From a virus, in the IMG/VR virus record IMGVR_UViG_3300037247_000151, positions 1 to 45,776 of that record: a DNA stretch of 45,776 nt, one strand, 5' to 3'. The notes beneath the pieces are model-generated. The model worked only from the letters and a program-made list of their open reading frames with translations, was not told the DNA's origin and searched no databases. The position numbers and the translations under genes are program-made. Shown one piece after another: positions 6,765 through 16,569 of this stretch; within the stretch, counting starts at the first letter, position 1, and every line of letters starts with the position of its first letter.

Positions 6765-7703
6765 CTATTTTACTATGAGTTTAGCCATTTGTTCATCTGT
6801 AATAGGTCTTGTTACACCTTTTACATAGTCGATTTTTCTCTTCCCTCCCTTGCTTTGCATACAGTAGTCTTTGATTGATTCCATTTTCCACGGATGAACA
6901 GACGACCTTGTGTGACCCATGAATTTGTCACGCATGTAACCGCCGACGTGTGAAACGTCCTGCCCACTTCTGAAAGCAAAGAACAGCTCATCGCCAAACT
7001 TCCAATCGCTATAATCTTCGTTCATTATGTCGGATTTGATTTGTGCTAGGGTTTTGAACTGCGTGTGTTTGTAGTTTCTCCACTGTGCAACTGTCCAGCT
7101 TCCTATGTCGTTGCTAATACCAAAGCATCTGTTAAAGTTTCTCCATACTTCCGCACAATCACCCTCGATGTCCATGTCTGATCTGCCACCGTAAGGCAAC
7201 CTTTTACCGTAATAGTTTATTTTGCTATACTTGTGATGATACCCGCAGTAAGGGTACGCCCATTGTTCCATGATGTTGTCGCCAGGTTTAAGTTCACGTA
7301 TCATAGCATCAAGAATGTTCTGCGTGTTCGTGCCAGAACAATACTTGTTGATATACTTTTGTATATTCTCGTATACTTCGCCTGTAATTGGAGGACTAGG
7401 CTCTACCCACTTCATGTAGTTGCCGCCTTTGTTGTAAACGTAAGCGGTTTCTCCTGCGTAAAGAACAGGCATGTACGGTTCTTCAAGAGTGGTTGATAAA
7501 GTGTCAAATATATCACCGCTATTTGCAAACCCTACTACTGTTGAGCTTCCACCTTCTGCGCTTGGTTCGCTTCTAATGTTTGCTCCGCTACCTGTGTACA
7601 TTACCTTTTTTGTTGATGGCGGTGGAGTTTGTACCTTGATTACTAGGTTGTCTGTTGGTTTAAACTCACCTATTTTCTGACCGTTCTTAATTATTTCTTG
7701 CAT
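6765..7703 (-). CDS. Endolysin: SH3b-like domain plus NlpC/P60-like peptidase
   Basis: GSGANIRSEPS...VGFANSGDIFD (SH3b-like); GDCAEVW (Cys) and GDELFFAFRSGQDVSHVGGYM (His) resemble the NlpC/P60 catalytic motifs. Confidence 0.65.
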   Translation of the reverse strand: MQEIIKNGQKIGEFKPTDNLVIKVQTPPPSTKKVMYTGSGANIRSEPSAEGGSSTVVGFANSGDIFDTLSTTLEEPYMPVLYAGETAYVYNKGGNYMKWVEPSPPITGEVYENIQKYINKYCSGTNTQNILDAMIRELKPGDNIMEQWAYPYCGYHHKYSKINYYGKRLPYGGRSDMDIEGDCAEVWRNFNRCFGISNDIGSWTVAQWRNYKHTQFKTLAQIKSDIMNEDYSDWKFGDELFFAFRSGQDVSHVGGYMRDKFMGHTRSSVHPWKMESIKDYCMQSKGGKRKIDYVKGVTRPITDEQMAKLIVK

Positions 7704-7716
7704 AATATTCTCCTTT

Positions 7717-7769
7717 ACGCTGTTAAGCGGTTATAGCATTTTTATTCTCTTTTACGCCGTTAAGCGGTT
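7717..7769 (-). repeat. Tandem duplicated late-gene leader (ACCGCTTAACnGCG box + SD + ATG)
   Basis: Minus strand AACCGCTTAACGGCGTAAAAGAGAATAAAAATG(CTATAA) followed by AACCGCTTAACAGCGTAAAGGAGAATATTATG (endolysin start). Confidence 0.7.
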
Positions 7770-7771
7770 TT

Positions 7772-10700
7772 TTATAAGTAAGCACATACTGCTTGTATTA
7801 AAGCACCAACGTCTGCGTTCTGGTTAAATAAAACCGATAAAGTCGAGCCTAGTGCTCTGGTGTTTATAAAATAAACATCTTTTGTTGATATTGCTAGTGG
7901 CAACAGTTTGACAAAATATTGTGAGCCACCATTAGTGTTTCCTGCTGTTGCTAACGAACACGAGTTTTCTGCGTTTGACTCGCTATTGTTTGCTGTAGAT
8001 AATGTAATTTCTATTATTGCCGGACTAGCTGTTGATTTGTCAAGAATACATTTGACTGAATATATCACAGACCATACGCCTATCGGCACAGTTATAGAAA
8101 ATGAACCTAAGTTGTACCACACTCCGGATGTTGGCGGTGTCTGTGTTCTGTTAGTCGTGTCTTTTGAATACACCGTCCAGCTTGCAGGGTCAAGAGGAAA
8201 ATCAAACGGTGTTTTTTGTGTCGAGTAAAAGTTAGCTGTGATTGCGCTGTTTGCCATCAAGTGCAATGCCTCACCGTCTGTTGGGTCTATCTCATGCAAG
8301 AACGTTATTGTCGTTGATGTAACTACTGTAATGATTCCGTATATCGTGTTGCCACCGTTAACGAACCTCAACCGCATACCAACGCTGTACTTTGTTGTTG
8401 CATCACTCGGCACTGTTATAACACCCGTAGGGTCGTCTACACTTGCAAACGTCCATGTTTCGCTCGGGTCTATCCAACCGTCGATAGGTACGCCACCGCC
8501 TCCACCGCCAAAGTCGCTTTTCAACGCTTTCTTTAGTTCGCCTCCGTCGCTTGTGTCTGATATAAGCACGAAGTCAGCATCAACTGCCGTTACCGTAGAT
8601 TTGTTAGTGATGGCTGTTTTGTCCACCGTTAATACACCGTCGCCTGTGACTTCGCCTGTGTGAGTAGCATTTGTGACTTTAGCGTTGTTTGTTACTACGT
8701 CGGAGTGGTCTTTGCCGTCGCTCCCTCTATGTGTGGTGTTTAAACCTATCGCTGTTTCGTTGGCTGTGACTTTGCTATGGTCAGAACCGTCGCTACTGCG
8801 GTGAGTGTTGTTCAATACAACGTCGCTATGGTTCTTGCCGTCCGATGCTCTGTGTGTATCATTCAATACTACATTAGCATGGTCTGTGCCGTTTGATGTT
8901 CTGTGGTCTGTATTTAACGAGACTGCTGTGTTGTCGGCAATGTCTGTAAACTCTAAAGCTGTTTCACCACCGTTTACGGCAGGTACTTTTCCTGCTTCGC
9001 CAGCGTAAGATGAAGGAACGTCTGTAAGACCTAAGAATGTTGTTATTCCACTTGAACCTGCTCCGCTGCCTGCGGTTGAGTTAGGTATAAACCCTCTTAA
9101 ATCTTGATACCCTACACTTGGGTTGAATGTGAATACTGCGTTTGTTTTTCGCATTGTGAAACGTGCTAGTAAAAACCCTACGCCCTTGAACGGTTTAGGT
9201 ACGGAATAGACAGCGTAACCTAAAGCATCGTTTACTGCGTTGTTTTCAGAAGTGTAGCTGCCTGTCGGGAGGTCGCACATTAAATGTGATAGTTCGCCTG
9301 TTTTATTTGCCACACCCCATACTACTATGCTGAACCATCTGTTATTTAAAGTATCTCCGTCTGCATCTACGGTAAGGTCATTTAGATTTGACGTGGTTCT
9401 AAACGCACTTACAGGGTCGTTTACTACGTGTATATCGTCGCCTGTTGACATATCTATTGCGGGGAAATCATGCAAATGCATTTGATACACTTTCCCCGAA
9501 GTGTTAGAAATAAAAACGTTAGCTGTTGTGCCTGTTAGTGAAGTTTCTGCGCCAGCCCACCATTCCGCTTCAATCGCTCTTATTCTTTCTCCGATGTGAG
9601 ATAAGTGACCTTGACTTGTTACCGTAGACTGTATGTGGTCGTTCCAATTTTGGTTGCGAAACGCGCCAACCGTTACGATAGATGCTGCGCTTTGCAAGTA
9701 AAGGAGCGCTACTTTAGCATGCTCGGTTGCAGGCCAGTCACCTGTTGACGTAACTATAGTCGTCGGGTCTGATTCTAAAATATACACAAAGTTCTCTTGT
9801 GGGTTTGTGTCTGTGCCTGCTGTTAATGTAACAGTTGCGCCGGGGTCTGTGTCTAAAATGAACCTACCGCTGCTGAAAAACAAAGTCATATCGGGATGAC
9901 CGTTTGTAGGTGTTAATGTTCCTGTTATGACAGTACCGCTAGAGGTTACTCTAAAGTCAAAAGATTCTCTTAAAACACCGTTCCAAAAGTTCTGCAAATC
10001 GTCGGTAGCTTCGCCTAGAACACTTACAACGATTTCGCCGTCTGTAGGGTCTTTTACCGCAACTCCACCTATTTGTATTCTGTAGCTTGGAAACTCGGGC
10101 GGTGTAGCAGTGAACTCGCCTGCCGTAGTAGCAGATAAATAAATGTTGTCACCAACAGTAAAAGCATTAGTATTTATGCCTCTAACCCTACCTAGTTCAG
10201 TTGCAATCCCAACTTCTCCTGCGGGTATGTCCATTGTAGCTACCCATACCGCCCTGTCGAAGTTGCTAAAAACGTCTGCTTGTGCAAGTTCTATGTGTGG
10301 GTGTCCACTGGTTGCGCCCCCTACAGGATGAACTACTTTGCCGTCGTCTATTTGCGATACTGTGTCGTTAAACACAATAAAGAATATTTCTTGCCCTACT
10401 TGTAAAACCGGACCTAATCCTGTAACAATATTTATAGTGAACTCAGTTTCGTTCCAGTAAATTGTTCCGGCTGCGCTTCCGGGCGTTGCAGGTGTGGTAT
10501 CAAGAATGAGTTGCTTTATATCAGATATTTCTTTGTCGCCCATATTCAAGTCGCCGGTCATAGGATCGTTGGTTGCGTCTAGCCGAAGATACTTGGTGTT
10601 GAGATTTGCTTCATCTATCGCTACTGTTACGTTATCAGTCGGTCCTACTGTCGTGTCTATGCCCGTTCCACCAACAACAGTAAGCGTATTACCGTTAGTG

Positions 10701-10837
10701 ATTGTTTGTGCTGTACCCTCATTTGCGTCTACGTCAAAAGAAGTCATAGGACCAGACGTTACTAAGGTGTCAATCCTTGCTTTTTGGTCGTCTATTCTTT
10801 TTGATAAACTTCTTTCGGGTGCATTATATCTTGGCAT
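7772..10837 (-). CDS. Tail fiber / receptor-binding protein
   Basis: 1021 aa, last large structural gene. FLGLTDVPSSYAGEAGKVPAVNGGETALEF motif, four T-H-R-x-S-D-G-x-x-H-S-x-V repeats, a Gly6 linker and a beta-rich C-terminus. Confidence 0.7.
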   Translation of the reverse strand: MPRYNAPERSLSKRIDDQKARIDTLVTSGPMTSFDVDANEGTAQTITNGNTLTVVGGTGIDTTVGPTDNVTVAIDEANLNTKYLRLDATNDPMTGDLNMGDKEISDIKQLILDTTPATPGSAAGTIYWNETEFTINIVTGLGPVLQVGQEIFFIVFNDTVSQIDDGKVVHPVGGATSGHPHIELAQADVFSNFDRAVWVATMDIPAGEVGIATELGRVRGINTNAFTVGDNIYLSATTAGEFTATPPEFPSYRIQIGGVAVKDPTDGEIVVSVLGEATDDLQNFWNGVLRESFDFRVTSSGTVITGTLTPTNGHPDMTLFFSSGRFILDTDPGATVTLTAGTDTNPQENFVYILESDPTTIVTSTGDWPATEHAKVALLYLQSAASIVTVGAFRNQNWNDHIQSTVTSQGHLSHIGERIRAIEAEWWAGAETSLTGTTANVFISNTSGKVYQMHLHDFPAIDMSTGDDIHVVNDPVSAFRTTSNLNDLTVDADGDTLNNRWFSIVVWGVANKTGELSHLMCDLPTGSYTSENNAVNDALGYAVYSVPKPFKGVGFLLARFTMRKTNAVFTFNPSVGYQDLRGFIPNSTAGSGAGSSGITTFLGLTDVPSSYAGEAGKVPAVNGGETALEFTDIADNTAVSLNTDHRTSNGTDHANVVLNDTHRASDGKNHSDVVLNNTHRSSDGSDHSKVTANETAIGLNTTHRGSDGKDHSDVVTNNAKVTNATHTGEVTGDGVLTVDKTAITNKSTVTAVDADFVLISDTSDGGELKKALKSDFGGGGGGVPIDGWIDPSETWTFASVDDPTGVITVPSDATTKYSVGMRLRFVNGGNTIYGIITVVTSTTITFLHEIDPTDGEALHLMANSAITANFYSTQKTPFDFPLDPASWTVYSKDTTNRTQTPPTSGVWYNLGSFSITVPIGVWSVIYSVKCILDKSTASPAIIEITLSTANNSESNAENSCSLATAGNTNGGSQYFVKLLPLAISTKDVYFINTRALGSTLSVLFNQNADVGALIQAVCAYL

Positions 10838-10839
10838 AG

Positions 10840-13800
10840 TTACCTACCTAATCTTGGGAGTTCTTTTCTGTAAAACTGCGTTGAAAACTTCTTAAATCCT
10901 AAATCTTTAATGGCTTTTTCTACTTGCTCGTCTGTCCAACGAGGGTTTTCTTCTCTAATTTGTTTTTCTGCTTTACCTTCAAGGCTGTTTGTCATATAGC
11001 TAACCTTAGTTTTGAAATTCATATCTCCAATGTCACTGGCGACTTTTTCTAGGCGAGGTAGCATTTTCCGTTCTTCTTTGGTTATCTCGCCGTCTTTAAC
11101 AATATCCCATGTCATGTTATAAATTTCGGTTTTGGCTGTTGGTAGTTCAGTTGGGTAGTTGTCGGCTTTAAGCACATACTCCCTTATTTGTTCTGTTTTA
11201 CCCTCGACTTCTTTCCACTCTTGGTACTCAAAGTCAGGGAATATCTGCTCCATCCCTTTTGTTATCCATCTTTCAGCGTTCTTTGCAGGAATACCGAATA
11301 TTTCAGCAAACGGTGTGGCGACATCAATAATCTTGCCGTACAAAGTTTTGTCGTTCTCTATTACCGCTTGCTCGATTCCACCAAATGCATCATTGATAAG
11401 GTCTATTATAGGCACATTCATATCGTATTTGCCGAGGTTAATATCAAGACCTAATCTTTTTGCCACAGTTGTAAGTGTTGCACTTGCCATTCTTGACAGC
11501 ATAGGCGATGCTGTTCCGAGTAGAGATTTGATGCCTTGGTCTAAAATCTTTTCTTCGTCTTCGCCTCTGCCAAATAGCGTTCTGCCTAATCCGTAGTTTA
11601 ATCCTGCAAAAAACAAAATGTTAAAAGTAGTTCCTACTAGCCCACGTCTACCGGCAGCCCTCAGCTTTTTACCCTCAGTCACGTTGCCATCTTTAATCAT
11701 TTGGCGACCTTGCGTAATAGATTGCGCAGATTGACGAGCCATGTTTTGTTGCTGGTACTGTTGGGTAGAGAACATCATAACCCATCGTCCGAACTCGGAC
11801 TTTTGAACTTCGCTTCTGAACGGCACGTCGTACATCGGTTGTGTGTCCCACAAAGCGTTATGGTAAAGGTCAGAAACGTTTTCGCCTGTTTTTTTAGCTT
11901 GTGATTTTGCTGCGTGGTATATTGCGGTGACAGTCAATGCATCAACGTATCTTATTGCTCTTGCGTTAAAGACTTTGCCTTTGATGTTGGCAGCTTCCAT
12001 CAACGAGTAACCTTGCATTACTCTATCGTACATATCGGGCATTTCTTCAAAGAACGCGGCTCTTTTTTTCGGGCTTAATAGTGTAGCTGCGGCTTTAACA
12101 AAGTTTCCTCTCGCGAATAGGTATTGAGGTTTAATGTGCATCATTGCGCCTGGGTATGAAGCCATCTGTTTTAAAGGAACAGTTGGTGTCATACCGAGTT
12201 TGGATAACGCTACGCCTTTTTTCAGAACACGAGTAATGGCAAGGTCTACCTCGTTTATTACTCTGTCGCCTTTAGCAACTCTTGTTAGATATTCTCTCCA
12301 AAACTTTTCTTCTATGACTTTTTGATTTTTGTCTACGCCCATTTCTTTGAACGCTTTCATAACAGGCTCAGACTGTAACAAAAGGTTAGAATCGAATATC
12401 GCAGATGCGTAAGAAACGTAGTTGTTCGCTTGGTTGTGGTATGCGTGTGCTGTCCACAATGGGTTAGACAGCTTAATGTCACCGCCACCTGTACGAGCTA
12501 GTGTGAAAGTTGGGTTTATCTTAGTGCTGGTTGCGCCGTCTTCGGTAGGTGCTTTGTAAAAATGCCCTTCTTTAGACAATGGGAAGTAGAACGGATTGTC
12601 ACGTTGCATTTTTTCTGTGACTAAATCCGAACCGTTTACGTGCTTGTATGTTTTGTTTACTTGGTCTGTGTAATAGTCGAACACTTCTCTTATTAAGTTG
12701 TACCCCTTGTGAAGTTCAGGGTAATTCTTTTCGAAAGTGTCTCTGAATTTCTGTAACTGTTTAGGGTCGTACTGCTCAGACAACGCTTTAAATCCGTCTA
12801 CGTCCATTGATACGCCGTATGTGGATAAAAGCTCCCACTTAGCAAGTCCTTTGCCTAGCGTTGAATCATAGACTTTTTTACCTTTGCCGTCTTTAAAATC
12901 GCCCATTTCGCTTCTCAACATTTTATCAAGCGGTTTGAGCATATTTTCAATGACGTACATGTTGTTTTTGCCTTTTGTTAAAGTCCCTTTCATAATAGGT
13001 GTGATTACTTTTGCACGAAAGTTCGTACCCATCTTTAATGCTTTTGAACGAGCAGACTGTCCTATATTAACAGCTCTTTCTGCGATGCTGTGTTTGGGTA
13101 ACTTCGTAGGGATAGTTTGTTTTATATCCGAAACGTTATCGGCATACGTCTGATTATTAGATAATGTGAGTTCGCGCATTTCCACGTCATTGTCGCGCTT
13201 GGCTTGTTCAAGGAACGCCATAGCACCGTCTAGTTCGTCTGCCGTGAGTTCGCCTATGCTTACTTTGCCTAGTCTGTCGTATGTTTTTTTGATGTGGAAT
13301 GGTATGTTATCTTCGCCACCAAACTTAACACTCATAGCTGTTCTGATTTTTTCAAGTTTAGCTTTTGTCTTCGGTGTCATTTTCTTAGCTCGAGTGTCAA
13401 ACATTTCGTTCATGTTGTCCACAAGACTTTGGTATGTTTTGGTTAATCCAGATCGTTTAACTTCGTCTTTTAGTGTTTTTTGAAATTTAGTCTGCGCTTT
13501 AGAAGTTTCTTTGCGTATACGGGCATCAATTTGATTCGCGACCTTCCTTAATTCTCGTGCCGCGTTCTGCCTATTCGCAAACGCTTTGCCTATCGCTTGT
13601 ATTTCGCTTTTAGTTAAGCCGTTAGTAGTAATAGTTGGTTTTTTTGTATACCTTAGTCGACCTATACTTTGTTCTATTTCTACTGCTGCTCTTTTCAAAT
13701 TATCAATCGTATCTTTAAGCGACGCTTTCGGGTCTATTTTAACAACGTCTGCCTTTTTAAGCGTGTCGGTTTCTTGTTCATATTCTTTAGCATATTGCCG

Positions 13801-16569
13801 TGATTGTTCAAGTTTGATTTGTCGCTTTGCTTTTTGTTTGTCTGTTAAGGTCTTTGCATCGCCTACTTTAACAGGTTGAACTTCTGCTGCCGCCTGTCGT
13901 GTTTCTTTAGGTATTCCAGTAACTATATTTTTATCAGTTTCTATAGCGGTTACTGCCTTAGGTGCAGTGACACTAGGCTTCTTAGGTGAAACGGCTGTAA
14001 CCGCCTCCTGTGGCTTTGTAGTGGCTTTGAGTGTAGGTACTTCCTTTGTAACTGATTTTAGCGTAGGTATTTCTCCAACGTCTATTTCGCCGTCTGCTGT
14101 AAGGGCAACGGTATCTCCTTCGTCGGGTGCTATTATTTCTTTCGGTACGTTGTCGAGTACTTCTTGAACGCCATCTCTATATTGAATAAATGGTTCTCTG
14201 AGATTTTCGTCCTCTAATGTTTCAAGTACTATGTCGAGGTCTTTAACCATACCCTTCATCATATCGGTACGGTTTTTAGCTTTTATGGTGTTTTTAAGGT
14301 TTACGCCTGCTCTTGCTGCACCAAATAACGCTGATGTCAACGCTACCGTGATAGCAACTTCGCCTATTTGGTCGTTTGTCATGCCTTGCATTGATTCGGA
14401 TTCAAAGACTTCGCTTATCGGTTTGCCTGCTACTACTGTTTCTATAAGACCAGTTGAAAGTGCTTGGAATAATTCTTCGCCCATTTCATCAATAGGTACC
14501 ATTAGAGCTTTGAGAAGTTTGCCACTAGCCGCACCGGTTAACCCGCCTTTACTTGCGATACCACCTAATGATTCGATTTTTGCTGATGCCCCAGAGTCTA
14601 TAATAGCCGCTAACAACGCTTGAGGTGCAGACAGCCCCATCTCATCGTACTTACCTACGTTTGTGCCGACTGTACGCAAGAACATTTCTTTTACTATTGC
14701 GTTTGGTGCAACCTTACTAATTACTCCTGCGCCTTTTGTCGCTAATGACGGAAGTTTGGATGCAGCAGAGATTTTGCCTGCTACTGTACCTGTCGCTATG
14801 TCTAAAGCTGTGATTCCGATGTTCGTAGCAATTCTCATGATTTTAGAAGCGATAGGAGTATACTTTTCAGTCGCTTGCAGAATGTCTTCTTGTTTTTGCG
14901 TCGCCTGTTGAATGTCCTCAGAACGTTGCGCTATTTTTCTCATCCTGCCTTCCCATGACAATTCGCTCTGGCTTCCTGGCCCAATACCTAAAACTTCAGC
15001 AATCCCGCCCATAATTCCAGTGCCAATATCGAACAAATCTTGGAATCCACGCTTCCAACCTTTTTCTATACCTAGCAACGAGCCTATTGCAACTTGCCCT
15101 GCCGTTCCGCGCTTACCTGCTTTCTTAGCAATCTCAGCTTGCTCTATTGCGTTTTCAGCGAGGTATTCGTCAAATACATATTCGCCAACGATGTCTATAA
15201 ATTCAATGTCTTGTGGGTCTTGACTGTCTGGTTTTGGGTATACAAAGTTCCGACGACCATAAACTTGTTCGCCTATTGAAATTATATCTCGGAACTCTTC
15301 TTGTGCTTCTTCTGTGGTGCTCTTACCTAAGTTTTCGATTGTAGCATTTGCAAGTTCGTCTATAAAGTCAGGGTTGGTAGCTTTTGCTCTTTGATATGGT
15401 GTTGCGTTGTCTACTACAGGTTGTATGCGCTCGACAATAGAGTTGAACTGTTCTAATCCTTCGGGCGTTTCCATGTCTATGTTTTGGATTTCTTCTAAAT
15501 TAATTTTGCCTTGTGTTTCGCCTGTGAGTTTGTTGAATAAAACTGCGTAATCGCTTAGTACGGTTAACTGTGTTTCTTTTACTGGGGCTGTAACCTTTTT
15601 CTCAGTCGGAGGTTGTCTTATGCCAAGCTGCGCAAGTTCTAGGCTTTTTTGAGCATCAAACTCTTGAGGCGCACTAGGGGCAGCGGTTGGATCTATCCCT
15701 AGTTGTTTTAACTCTGCTGTTTCCTGCGGGGTAAACCTTCGTTTAGGGTCGCCAGTCAGCCCTTCACGCGCCAATGCTGCCATGTGGGGGTCAACGCCTA
15801 AGTTGCGCGATTCTTCTAGTATACTTTGACGTTTTTTAACTTCCGTATCGAAATAACCCCGCGGAACGCCAACTTGAGTAGCAATATCAGGAGGGTTGAC
15901 TATATCTTCGTATGCTTGAATGTACTGAACGACATCTTCTTGTGTTAATTCTTTAACATCTGCAAATATATCTGTTGCAGTCTGTGCCTGATCTTCTAGT
16001 AAAACACCGGCTGCATCAGCTTTTTCTTCACGTGCTTTTTTCCGTGTGTCGTCAACAAACTTTTTAAGTTTTTTGAAACCAGTTTTACCAAAGGCTTCAG
16101 GAACTAGCCCTAGTTCCTGTCTTTGCTGGTCTTCTGGTGTGTTTTGATATTGAAAGCGTTTTTGTAATGAAGGACTTAATACGTTATATGAATAATTCTC
16201 ATCTAAAAGTTTTTGATTAGATTCTTGCTGTTTGTCGGCAATCTTAAAAAATTCTTCGTTAGAATCTCTCTCTTGATTATACAAATTAGCCGCCATGTTA
16301 AATTCTTGTTCGTACCATTGCTCTCCGTATTGGCTAATATAAGCATCGGGGTTTTTTCTCATGTCTTCATATGTTCGTGAGTATAAAGATTTCTCTTCTG
16401 GAATTTTATAGTCGTCAAGAGAAGCCATGTATCCATAATGACTAACTTCGCTTTTATATTTTTTTGTATCACCTTGAAACACACGGAGATATTGTTCGGG
16501 GTTCCTGTCCATGTGTTCGTAGATGGTTTTGTTTGTTAAAAATCTTGTGTTATCTGCCATAAGGTCCAA
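10840..16569 (-). CDS. Giant virion-associated protein (ejection/internal or tape-measure-like); function unknown
   Basis: 1909-aa uninterrupted ORF in the structural block with central Gly/Ala-rich hydrophobic segments. The track start is TTG; the first ATG is at 16560. Confidence 0.55.
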   Translation of the reverse strand: MDLMADNTRFLTNKTIYEHMDRNPEQYLRVFQGDTKKYKSEVSHYGYMASLDDYKIPEEKSLYSRTYEDMRKNPDAYISQYGEQWYEQEFNMAANLYNQERDSNEEFFKIADKQQESNQKLLDENYSYNVLSPSLQKRFQYQNTPEDQQRQELGLVPEAFGKTGFKKLKKFVDDTRKKAREEKADAAGVLLEDQAQTATDIFADVKELTQEDVVQYIQAYEDIVNPPDIATQVGVPRGYFDTEVKKRQSILEESRNLGVDPHMAALAREGLTGDPKRRFTPQETAELKQLGIDPTAAPSAPQEFDAQKSLELAQLGIRQPPTEKKVTAPVKETQLTVLSDYAVLFNKLTGETQGKINLEEIQNIDMETPEGLEQFNSIVERIQPVVDNATPYQRAKATNPDFIDELANATIENLGKSTTEEAQEEFRDIISIGEQVYGRRNFVYPKPDSQDPQDIEFIDIVGEYVFDEYLAENAIEQAEIAKKAGKRGTAGQVAIGSLLGIEKGWKRGFQDLFDIGTGIMGGIAEVLGIGPGSQSELSWEGRMRKIAQRSEDIQQATQKQEDILQATEKYTPIASKIMRIATNIGITALDIATGTVAGKISAASKLPSLATKGAGVISKVAPNAIVKEMFLRTVGTNVGKYDEMGLSAPQALLAAIIDSGASAKIESLGGIASKGGLTGAASGKLLKALMVPIDEMGEELFQALSTGLIETVVAGKPISEVFESESMQGMTNDQIGEVAITVALTSALFGAARAGVNLKNTIKAKNRTDMMKGMVKDLDIVLETLEDENLREPFIQYRDGVQEVLDNVPKEIIAPDEGDTVALTADGEIDVGEIPTLKSVTKEVPTLKATTKPQEAVTAVSPKKPSVTAPKAVTAIETDKNIVTGIPKETRQAAAEVQPVKVGDAKTLTDKQKAKRQIKLEQSRQYAKEYEQETDTLKKADVVKIDPKASLKDTIDNLKRAAVEIEQSIGRLRYTKKPTITTNGLTKSEIQAIGKAFANRQNAARELRKVANQIDARIRKETSKAQTKFQKTLKDEVKRSGLTKTYQSLVDNMNEMFDTRAKKMTPKTKAKLEKIRTAMSVKFGGEDNIPFHIKKTYDRLGKVSIGELTADELDGAMAFLEQAKRDNDVEMRELTLSNNQTYADNVSDIKQTIPTKLPKHSIAERAVNIGQSARSKALKMGTNFRAKVITPIMKGTLTKGKNNMYVIENMLKPLDKMLRSEMGDFKDGKGKKVYDSTLGKGLAKWELLSTYGVSMDVDGFKALSEQYDPKQLQKFRDTFEKNYPELHKGYNLIREVFDYYTDQVNKTYKHVNGSDLVTEKMQRDNPFYFPLSKEGHFYKAPTEDGATSTKINPTFTLARTGGGDIKLSNPLWTAHAYHNQANNYVSYASAIFDSNLLLQSEPVMKAFKEMGVDKNQKVIEEKFWREYLTRVAKGDRVINEVDLAITRVLKKGVALSKLGMTPTVPLKQMASYPGAMMHIKPQYLFARGNFVKAAATLLSPKKRAAFFEEMPDMYDRVMQGYSLMEAANIKGKVFNARAIRYVDALTVTAIYHAAKSQAKKTGENVSDLYHNALWDTQPMYDVPFRSEVQKSEFGRWVMMFSTQQYQQQNMARQSAQSITQGRQMIKDGNVTEGKKLRAAGRRGLVGTTFNILFFAGLNYGLGRTLFGRGEDEEKILDQGIKSLLGTASPMLSRMASATLTTVAKRLGLDINLGKYDMNVPIIDLINDAFGGIEQAVIENDKTLYGKIIDVATPFAEIFGIPAKNAERWITKGMEQIFPDFEYQEWKEVEGKTEQIREYVLKADNYPTELPTAKTEIYNMTWDIVKDGEITKEERKMLPRLEKVASDIGDMNFKTKVSYMTNSLEGKAEKQIREENPRWTDEQVEKAIKDLGFKKFSTQFYRKELPRLGR

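Noticed and set aside
8238-8663. Plus-strand ORFs embedded antisense in long minus-strand genes (for example 7908-8228, 8238-8663, 10494-10895, 11159-11596, 13166-13483, 14231-14623, 14912-15223, 19490-19858, 5178-5666, 37730-38191, 41273-41680)
   Set aside because: They have no SD sites, Ser/Leu/Pro-rich low-complexity translations typical of antisense frames, and are fully contained in well-supported genes.
10840-16569. Stop-codon reassignment (TAG or TGA recoding), as seen in some gut phages
   Set aside because: All large genes, including the 1909-aa ORF, are uninterrupted under the standard code. Genes end with TAA, TAG and TGA, and no suppressor tRNA was seen.
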